A DNA stretch of 64,000 nt, taken from the NCBI GenBank assembly GCA_951406725.2, contig OX597816.1:31062001-31126000 (forward strand), in the 5' to 3' direction. A program made the position numbers and the translations under genes. Positions 53,700 to 64,000 of the stretch are shown one piece after another. Origin of the DNA: Octopus vulgaris. Its lineage: Eukaryota. Each line of letters starts with the position of its first letter. Position 1 is the stretch's first letter. The notes under the pieces were generated by a model that saw only the letters and a list, made by a program, of their open reading frames with translations, was not told where the DNA came from and searched no databases.

Positions 53700-54810
53700 C
53701 TCAAATGCGGTTGCCGTGAATCACGTTTAAAAAAACTAGCAATTGAAATAGCTAAGATTAGCAAAGATAGTCAAACCTCTACGCATAATTTTAGCAAACA
53801 ATACAATAGGTGACAGAACACCTTTAGTGATTAACTGACACCGACATTCCACTGGCATTTCAAAGGTGTTGCATGAAAGTTACCAGCATGTGGCGAAAAA
53901 TATCCTCTTTTCAAACAGATATTTTCTCAGCCGCTTATTGTAGCCGTCAGACGGAATAAGAATATAAGAGAATTATTGACCTCTATAGCTGACTCCAAGA
54001 AAACGAACATTGGAGTATCTACACGCTGTACCTTAAAGAACAGCCGCAAGAGAGGTAAGCCCTGTTCATTGTGCAACAACATGAGTGAAGTGAATTCCAT
54101 CAGAAATCATAACAAAAAAGTTATGATTTATACAGAAGGTGGAATATGTAAAAATTCCCATTCGATGTACGCTGCAGAATGCACGAAACACAAATTAATT
54201 TATGTTGGTTGCACAACAGAACAAGTAAACAAAACATCTAATGAGCACAGATTCGACGTCAGGCACAATAACAGTAGTTCGACAGATCTTGCTGAACATT
54301 TAGTTTCAAGCGGCTGCAATTTTGAAGAAGACTTGAAAGTGCATATTCTCAGAAAATATTCTGAATCTGCTTCACTTTCACTTCTCAGAATGTATGAGGA
54401 GAAATATGTTTGCGGTTTATCAACATCACACCCTGGAAGAATGAATAAGAGGACAGGACAATATCATCAAATTTATAAAAAAACTGTTTGATTAATTATT
54501 CTTCTTTCTCTTTTTTTCTTTCCTTTTTTCTGCCATCTCCTTTTTTTTCTGTTTTTTACTGTCTTTTTTTTTCGCCTGTTATAAAATTCTAACTTAAAAA
54601 CTGATGATGTCATTCCACCAACGTGTGGACGCTGGTTGTCTCGTTCATACTTTACGTTTAAATTTCTGAAATTTTGATTTTTTATCGCTTCCTATTTTTA
54701 ACTTGACAAAAACAGATGTACTGTTGAAATATCGTTCAACTAATAAAATATCTTACATTCGAATCACGCTCTCCGTTTTGACTGTTTATCTTAGTAAAGA
54801 ATTACGTCAA
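53700..54810 (+). mobile_element. Penelope-like element 3' portion (GIY-YIG endonuclease, Neptune-type Cys linker)
   Basis: ORF 53976-54491: RGKPCSLC...GGICKNSHSMYAAECTKHKLIYVGCT...HRFD...LAEH...E.KY. Upstream RTPLVIN*HR...ISKVLHESY resembles the PLE thumb/linker. Hammerhead-like motifs lie downstream. Confidence 0.85.
54702..54737 (+). ncRNA. Variant hammerhead-like motif 3' of the PLE ORF
   Basis: CTTGACAA-A-AACAG-ATGTA-CTGTT-GAAA-TATC-GTT has a perfect 5-bp stem II. A second CTGATGA at 54601 lacks GAAA. Confidence 0.4.
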
Positions 54811-54864
54811 TCCTTTTTAAAAAATATAATAATAACAATAACAATAATAATAATAATAAAAATG

Positions 54865-54923
<59 letters not shown>

Positions 54924-54924
54924 T

Positions 54925-55230
54925 GTTATTGTTACTCTTCCTGTCATTGTAGGTGCTATAGGTTTGATAAAATGGGTTGAAAAAATTATCTAGAGAAGAT
55001 CCCAGTAGAACCATGTCTCAGAGAAATCCGAAACATTGTACTGACTAGTACTGCCCACATCCTTAGAAGAACCCTATCCATTTAAATGTCTGTGTTGTAT
55101 TACATGAAGATATTTCGTTACTTCCTCTCTTCAAGATTTCAGTTATACTGTAACATCTCTTAATCTTCACTCGCCCCAGGACACTCTGTGTGTCTCGGCA
55201 AGTGACTGTAAGAAAGATGCAGATGGAAGT
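54925..55230 (+). mobile_element. RLE LINE 3' fragment in (TAA)n
   Basis: PVIVGAIGLIK...IP...EIRNIVLTSTAHILRRTLSI*. Homologous to 32560-32860, with (TAA)n upstream. Confidence 0.8.
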
Positions 55231-55295
55231 AATAATAAAAATAGTAATAATACTACTACTGATAATAGTAAAAATAGTAATGAAAATAACAATAT

Positions 55296-55388
55296 GAAGA
55301 AGAAGAAGAAAAAGAAGAAGAAAAAGAGGAAGAAGAAGAAAGGAAGAGGAAGAAGAAGAAGAAGAAGAAGAAGAAGAAGAAGAAGAAG

Positions 55389-55422
<34 letters not shown>

Positions 55423-55425
55423 GCA
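55296..55425. repeat. (GAA)n(CAA)n microsatellite
   Basis: Directly visible. Confidence 0.95.
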
Positions 55426-56259
55426 GTAACAATGTGACTGCTGCATAGATTCGATGGAAATTGACTAGTACCACGAAAGAGATTCAAGAAGTCTTTGAGA
55501 ATCCATATGAATATTGTTGACTGTGAGAAATATAAATATCAAATGATACCTTGCTATATTATGTACAGAACTTTTCTTTTATCACTGCTACTCCATTGCT
55601 TAGAAGAAATATGAACAAAGTCATCGATTTGCATGTTGGTAACCTCGGTGTAAAAATAAGAGGATGCAATATTGTGATGAAAAAATAAAGAAATAGCAAT
55701 ATTGTGATGAAATATCGGAAATTTATGAGTGAAGTGTAATTTATAGAGCAATGCTATTTTCTGAAAAGGCATAAACGAGCAAGCAATGCAATCTATGTGC
55801 TGTTACTAGCTGTAACTGTCAGAATGTAAGTGGTAGAAATTCCCCATATCGGGCACTACCGTTTTAAAACCAATTGAACACTTTGATGTTACTGCTGCAA
55901 ACACATTTTATACGATGAGTTTGTCACAATCAGCTTTACTCTTTGTCCATCATGATCATTCACGACACGAGGCTAAATAGCATCATTAAAAATATGATAG
56001 AATATCTGTTAAAATATCTTAAAATCACTACATATCTTTAACATACATATTTGAAATGCTACAACTGTAGTGCAATATGTACAAAAATGTCTTATAGATA
56101 ATAATTAGTGGTATGAAATTATATTTATAGATATCTAGAAGTGTGTTTTGTGATGCAATATCTTAAAAATTGCGCATTATATACAGTAACATATCAAAAT
56201 GATTTTTGCTTCATTATCCAATTAAAAAGTAATTTTTATTTCTTCATTTTGCCATTGTA

Positions 56260-56380
56260 TACTCTTTTACTCTTTTACTCTTTTACTTGCTTCAATCATT
56301 TGACTGCGGCCATGCTGGAGCACCGCCTTTAGTCGAGCAAATCGACCCCAGTACTTATTCTATCGGTCTCTTTTGCCGAA
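56260..56380 (-). mobile_element. SINE type A 3' fragment with (TACTCTTT)n tail
   Basis: TCATTTGACTGCGGCCATGCTGGAGCACCGCCTTTAGTCGAGCAAATCGACCCC. Confidence 0.85.
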
Positions 56381-57845
56381 ATGATTAATTATTTTGAATG
56401 ATCAGTATATATTGTGTTGTATGAAATTGTCACATAAGGAAAGAAGAACAAATGATTCATTTCTATATTGCTATTTGGTAATGATAATTAATTCAAATCA
56501 TTAAATTTGAAAATTTCACTATAACATGCACACACATTAACTTCAATATCCTGATTTAAATTCGATGCAAATTCGCGTGATTTTTTTTTTCTTTTACAAA
56601 CTGAAATATTTGCTTTCTTTATTTAATATCACACTGAGTCTTAGAATTTGGAGTTTCAATTATGAAGATAAGCTGGGATTATGCGGTACCAAATGCTTCG
56701 TTCATGATGGTTAGCCCCAGGTCTGCTCCAGCTTTTTAAGGCCGTGTTTTTTCTTAAATATATGTTTCAGGTTTAAAACATATTTCAAGGACGAAACATC
56801 TTGTAGAGAGATAGTTTCTGCGTGAAACAGATTTGAAACACAGAATTTCAAACGAATTTTATTATCGAAAGAACAAGCAAAATGTATATTTACAAACGAC
56901 AGATGTTTCTTTGAATAGATGCAAATCTGATAGAAGAACTGCAGTTAAAATTATATTTTTTAGATTTTTTTAATCGAAATATTTACTTTTAATCTTTTTT
57001 CATAATTAACTTTCTTGTCACTTCTTTCCATCTAACCATATTATCGTGATTTCAATCAGCACAAGTCGCACATGCTATCTAAGTAAAAATAACCTTCCAT
57101 GAAATATAATTAACCTCCTAAATTCGATTCATTGCCGGTTTTAAAATTAGGTGAAAGGTGTTGCGTAGTTGCTAGTCCAAGCAACATAAACTGGGCAAAT
57201 TCTAATTACTTGTCAGTAAACAATTTGAAGAAATGTAGAGTATTTGTTAAACTTTTCACTTTAAATGACATTTATTCAAAGGACAAATGTATATAAACTT
57301 TGCTATATCTAGTTAATATTTTTTCTGTCTCTTCATTATGTTACTTCTAAACATATATGTAAGCATACAAAAAATATCAATGTAATTCAAATAATTCGAC
57401 CGGGTGGCAAAATATCTACGCTGCAGAAGAGCAGCAAAATATATCAAAATGACACCGGGTAAACAAAAAAACCATTACCAAAATAAGTAACAACTGTAAA
57501 ACTATTTGAACTGTGCATTGAAGGAAACATGGAGGAGAATCTAAAATTTTAGACTGTGAGCGATCCACGGCATTAACAATTTATAGCACAGCAGAAAATA
57601 AAATTTACGTGAAAGCACCATAGATCAGACGATAAGAAATAAGGTGACCGACAAACGGAAATGAATAAAGTGCAGTTGTGCGGAAAGTTATGTTACAGCT
57701 AAAAAATTAAGGAGAGGGGAAAATATTACAAGAAGTAATTGTGAGTTGGGTGATCATGCCTTTCTCTCTCTCTCTATTTCACACTCTCTGAATTACTATG
57801 ACTATATGTTGGTCTTTTTCTGTATAGATATGTAACTATGTGCAG

Positions 57846-57930
<85 letters not shown>

Positions 57931-57932
<2 letters not shown>

Positions 57933-58110
57933 TGAGAAAGTTGGTGTGAGAAAGCACGTGGTTGAATATATAGAAAATAGTAAAAAGTGAAAAAACTACA
58001 GAAGGCTTGTTTTAAAAGGTTAAAAAATATATATTTGAGCCATTATATCAGAAGAATATATATTCTTTAACCTTTTAAAACAAGCCTTCTGTAGTTTTTT
58101 CACTTTTTAC

Positions 58111-58120
<10 letters not shown>
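57931..58120. repeat. (TA)n-flanked near-perfect inverted repeat
   Basis: AAAATAGTAAAAAGTGAAAAAACTACAGAAGGCTTGTTTTAAAAGGTTAAA pairs with its reverse complement at ~58066-58116. Confidence 0.9.
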
Positions 58121-58169
<49 letters not shown>

Positions 58170-59077
58170 TAGCAGTGAGAATGAGTGTTCAGTTGGATTA
58201 ACATTATTAATTTGTGGGTCAACAACACTACCGATCATTATGAAAAAAATTATTTTCAATTATTTGCAAGCGTGGTACGCATCCATTTTGGTTGACAATA
58301 CGTGGAGTTATACCAGCCTATATGAGATATATAAATATCTAAATAGTAATGGTGATGGTGGGAAGTAACATATAAGAAACTCCTAATTGTTGCATCCCTT
58401 GAATTATACATTTGGCATGGGTTGGCTAACTATCTAACATCAGAACGTTGTAAATACACATACGTTCACACGCACATCAATACAAACTGCATTCACACAC
58501 ATACACTCACGCATATCGATATCAAACTATTCATATCCTGTAAATTCGCAATTTCTGCGACTGTCACTACATAAACCTAATTATTGTAACGTATGAAACG
58601 GAATCATTACTGAAAGTACTGGTGTATTTCAATATTGCAAAATTGTAAACCTTGCAAAAGATAAAACGGGAAAATTATGCTGGGGTAGAATTTCATTGAT
58701 TATAAAGTTTAAAGGGAACATGAAAAGCAAACCTTTCGGCATTACTTGAAAAGGGCATATAATTTGAATACAAACTATAGAGTCTCTTACGGCTGTTTGT
58801 AGAATAGGTAAATTCATGGATCATCATATTAAATAGGGATTCCATAGGCTGAGCATCAGAGAGGGAGTTATCAGAGAAATGTAAAAGAGAGAGAAAATCT
58901 GCAGTCGATGATATCAGTGTATTTCAGTTTGTCAAGAATGGGGGAAGAATGAGAGTAAAATAGGAATGCATTAGATAGATTCATGATCAAATGATAAATA
59001 GTTACAGGTAATTACCATTAGCGGTTTCAAATGAAAATTTTCAATGATAATCCCTAGCAAGGAATAATGGAAGGTTG

Positions 59078-59711
<634 letters not shown>

Positions 59712-60199
59712 ATATATATCGCGGTGAATTTTGTTAAGCAGCGCCGATTTAACTCTTCTGTAAGTAATAATAAGAGTATTATTATAAGGTGAAATCTTCT
59801 AAACGATCACCGCGCAATAGCCAAATATAATAGTCTAATAATGGGTCATATAAGTCCTTGACAGAAAAAAAGGTAGGTTTTTCCCGCATACGCACACACA
59901 CACATACACACTTACTCGTACACACACACACATGGGTTTCTACTCTTTCCTGATGAGGAGTATAAAATTCGTACTGACCTGTCATGACCTCTTAAATGGA
60001 AGAGTTATTTACTGGCGAATTATTGTTTGTCGGGGAAAGGCAGCAAAACAAAGACAATCCCAAATGATACTCGCAATTTCTATAGAGGAAGACAAGAGAG
60101 ATAGTTCGAATTGTAGAGAAATCTCGTTGTAAAGTCTACCTGGTAGAATCTACGTTAAGTACCTGGAAAAGAAATATGGGGAAAACACCGAACCCTAGC

Positions 60200-61250
60200 T
60201 TGCTGAGGGTGAACCTGTCTCCTATCCTCATTGCAATACAACCGACAATATATTAATTATACAATAGTCCATCAGTTAATCGCAGCAATATTGCCAGGAA
60301 TTGTGCTTTTCCTTTGTCGATCTGGAACATGTAAACGACCGCGTGTCTTCAGATGCCATCATATACCTTTAAACGCGGGTGTTGGACTTCGGAATATGTA
60401 CGTATTGTCACCTCTACTTTTAATACTTGCTATGAAGGGGATCGAATGGCGCCGCTGTAGTGGAAATGATATCAAAATGTATGGGTATAGGATTGGTTGG
60501 CTACCATTTGCATATTATATGATGCAACTTGGTTCATAATAATGTGACCTCCGACATGTAGTGAATGGGTTAACTACCGAGTGCTGCTAGAGAGGGATGA
60601 GAATTATTTTTGCTCTTGCTGAGACATCAGTTCTCTCAAGTCTTCACTGAGAATTTTGCTTGTTAGTATAAAAATGAAATAAGGGTATATTTTTAAGTAA
60701 CTCGCGGTCATATTCACCTATGATGGGAAGCAGGAGTCTGAGTTGGATGCTTGGGTTGCAGGTACTAGCACATTATTCGAGCGTCCGATGAGAGGTGGTT
60801 AATAAAACACAAGTTACCTTCAATTCAGATTTCGGATCTATCCACTCTTATCGTCATGCATATAACTAACGAGTGAAAGTTTACTGTCATAAATTCAAGA
60901 GGGATTAAACGGGATTCCTCCAAATCACCACTGTAATAACATTTTTCGACCGGGTACTTAAACAGAAGCACAAAGCATCTCTGCAGGCCGGTTTACTACT
61001 TCTCCGTATTTAGAGGTCACATCCTTAGTTTACGGATTTATTATTAGAATGTGGCTGGAAAATATCGCAAAACGGAATTTTCAAGTCGATCAACCCATCA
61101 TAAGAAAAATGTGTAAATCAAATGCGGAATATTGTGATATCATCTCTGGTCTCAGTTGGACATGGTTGAGAATCCAGCTGTAATGACAATTGTTTCTGAA
61201 AAGATAGTATGAAAGAACTGCTTAACCATGAGACTTCCAGTAATGTTGTG
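60200..61250 (+). mobile_element. Decayed RTE-like LINE reverse transcriptase
   Basis: GVGLRNMYVLSPLLLILAM (cf. GVRQGCVLSPLLF), IGWLPFAYYMM (cf. L.FADD) and FK*LAVIFT (cf. FKYLG). Confidence 0.7.
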
Positions 61251-61413
61251 TGGAGAAACAATTGTTGGATATGTTTATTTCAATAGGTCAACTCACCCAT
61301 TCACATACATATATTGATGTATATAAGCATATGTGCATTTATTACACGTGTGTGTGCATATATGTAACTGTTTATGTATGCATCTTTATCTATATTTATA
61401 GCTATCTATCTCG

Positions 61414-61445
<32 letters not shown>

Positions 61446-61450
<5 letters not shown>

Positions 61451-61775
61451 GCATCCTTTTTGTCTCGGGAGACAATGGAGTTGCGCATAAAGTAGTCTAG
61501 TCCGGCTTTTACATTTCATGTCCTGATACATTTCCTGCTGTGGCTGTGTAGTCCTATCCTGGACAAACACTCCCTCTGGCAGGTACCGCGAATGTAGCGA
61601 ATACTGTTCCTGGCTGGTTGTAATGCCATAGTTTCTTGTTGACGTATTTTCTTGTCTTTCTATTTCTCCTCTCTCTCTCTGTCACTCCTTTGTATTCCCT
61701 CTCCTACGGTACGTCGCCAGTCTCCACGGTGCGGGCAACTGCCTCCCAACCACTAATATTGATGTTGCAGGCCTT
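61446..61775 (-). mobile_element. RTE (BovB-like) LINE 3' end between (TA)n tracts
   Basis: The minus strand ends CCATTGTCTCCCGAGACAAAAAGGATGCCAACA, an RTE-type terminal hairpin, preceded by a remnant C..C...RIGL.SH motif. Confidence 0.6.
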
Positions 61776-61781
61776 ACCACC

Positions 61782-61856
<75 letters not shown>

Positions 61857-61879
61857 CACATACACAAGTATGTTTATAT

Positions 61880-61990
61880 GCGACAGGTTTCTTTTAGTTT
61901 TCGTCTACGAAATCCACTGATATGACAAGGCTTTCGTGGGACCGGGGCTATAGTAACAGACACTTGACTAATGATGAATACAGGGGACTT
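61880..61990 (-). mobile_element. SINE type A 5'-half fragment
   Basis: GACAGGTTTCTTTTAGTTTTCGTCTAC.AAATCCACT...CAAGGCTT...GGCTATAGTA..AGACACTTG. Confidence 0.7.
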
Positions 61991-63279
61991 GTGTGACATA
62001 CGTTTCACATTCTGCATCTTTTTCACATGACTTATCATAAATTATCACTAAATCATACCTCAAGACAAACTATGTCATTTCAAATGAGAACTTGAGAAGA
62101 TATTTGATAATATACTATTGAAATAATTGTTCGAAAAATGGCGTGAGTGGTCATCGCTGAAGTATTCTTATGTTATGAAAATGTTGCATTAACCAAAACA
62201 AAAAAAATATAGGATAGCGGTAAGAATAGCAATGATTTATTGGCACTATTCTAATTAGCCAGAGCGTATTTCACAAGTGATTGTCAGCTCAAAGCTTGAT
62301 AGCCATCAATCCAGTTAATTGCTGAATACCTGACAATTGATACGTTCTACTATTTAGGCTTCTCGTTTCTAAAACAAATAGTCTATTACGAATGATTTGC
62401 CTTCTGACAGGAAGGGAAACATGTCAACACACAGCTCTGAAAGCACAGATCTTTCACGCCCGTTTCGTCTTTTCCTCTACACACTCTCCAATGCTCTCAA
62501 TATCTCTCTATCCTTCTCTCTCTCACTCTCTCTCTCTCTCTCTCTCTCTTGTTCTTTATCTCTCTATCTCTCTCGTTCTTTCATTCTCTTTCTCGCTCAG
62601 CCATACACACACAAGCACAAAAAGAAGCACACAAACACGTGCACCCCAATACACATACAAACGCACACGCAAACATATTCGTACGTAGATACTATCTCAC
62701 AGACATTTATGTGTGAATACTTATATGCATGAATGCATATCTAATGAATATATTATATATGCATATATGCTTATGTAATATATACACATACATATGTACA
62801 TCATCTACATATAAAAGAGTATGGGATCGACTGTTTAAAAACAATATCACATCGTTTGACGTTTTGCATTATATGGCTTTGTTCCCGACACTCGTTACCA
62901 TGTCAAAAATTATAATTAACAGAGTATCATGAGTCCTCTACTTTACAAACACTCAATTGAAATTTAAATGTTTCCTTATATGAAATACTGAATATTCAAT
63001 ATAAATTTAAAATACAAAATATTAAATATTAAAGTTAATTCTAAGTATATATTTTGTGGATTTTTAACGTTTATTTCAAAATTTCAAAATATACAATGTT
63101 ATTAATAATATTTAGGGTGTAAAAGATATGTGTATGCTATTATATGTATATGTACACAAACACACACGCACACACACACACATACATACACACACACACA
63201 TATAAGTAAGGATAACATCGATATTTTAATACAGGTCTTAGATGGCCAGCATGGAAATAAAAACTATATATATATATAT

Positions 63280-63325
63280 ATATGAAACAAATCTTTTTTC
63301 TTAAACTTTCGTAACACATACACAA

Positions 63326-63382
<57 letters not shown>

Positions 63383-63434
63383 TACATATTTGTGTATGTG
63401 TTACGATAGTTTAAGAAAAATATTTGTTTCATAT
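63280..63434. repeat. Palindrome centred on (TA)n
   Basis: ATATGAAACAAAT...CTTAAACT.TCGTAACACATACACAAATATGTA-(TA)n-TACATATTTGTGTATGTGTTACGA.AGTTTAAG...ATTTGTTTCATAT. Confidence 0.9.
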
Positions 63435-63469
63435 CTAGCGTGAACTACACATCTCTTCAGTTTCTCTAA

Positions 63470-64000
63470 GCATTAACCGTTCTCTGCAAAGAATGTTTGC
63501 TTCAAAACACGAGAACGCCGGTGATAGTTCAAGAAATAATCCTCTTTAAATGTATGGCGAGGCGAGTTGTCTTCCTTCACTTGATAGCTAGGTTTTCCAA
63601 TTTTGAAGTAAACATTTCCGAAAATGTGGACAACTCTCCACGGCTTCCATCCTGGAGTTATGGTAGCTTCCTGACTCATGTGAGTTCATGAGAATTATAA
63701 ATCTTTATGGTAAACACAATTTACACAGTCTTGATCCATTACGACAGGGTCCACAAATTTCCAATAACTTCCGCCTGATGTTAAAGGGCGTATGATCGTC
63801 CTTTAGTCGCTATACGTATGCTGCAATGGTTGTTGTGTTCTATTTTACCGGGTCCCTAAAAGATCTGTGATTGCTCAGGCAAATTAAAAATCTGTATTCA
63901 CAAGATCTGACACAAATTTTACTTTGTGTCCCTGTGATGGCATTGGTGTTATTGATATTTGTGCTGCTTCTGTTTGAGGCTATCTTTGCTTGGTACACTG
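63470..64000 (-). mobile_element. Decayed RTE-like LINE RT fragment (runs off the window)
   Basis: QEATI...YFKIGKPSYQ...SP resembles the RTE motif QEATVR...WFKIGKGVRQGCILSP. Confidence 0.5.

Noticed and set aside
59948-59975. CTGATGAGGAGT...ATTCGTA
   Set aside because: GAAA is missing and stem I is absent.

Overview
AT-rich, microsatellite-dense animal genomic DNA with no intact host protein-coding gene that I can support. The SINE families and repeat landscape look like Octopus (coleoid cephalopod); this is recognition from memory, not a database result. Almost all listed ORFs are microsatellite artefacts. The recognisable content is transposon-derived: three tRNA-derived SINE types, a tandem cluster of restriction-like-endonuclease (Dong/R4-type) LINE 3' ends in (TAA)n, Tx1/L1, RTE and CR1-like LINE remnants, a Penelope-like GIY-YIG ORF, mariner remnants, a short Helitron, and a long-TIR MITE with an 8-bp TSD (Merlin-like). 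There is also a possible decayed Toll-like receptor gene. The most striking hidden signal is about a dozen minimal hammerhead-ribozyme motifs (CUGANGA-stem II-GAAA-palindromic mini stem III-UH) from several sequence families. Most sit in short non-coding cassettes beside or between (TA)n tracts, often as inverted repeats, consistent with (TA)n-associated Penelope-like element ends or retrozyme-like non-autonomous RNAs.
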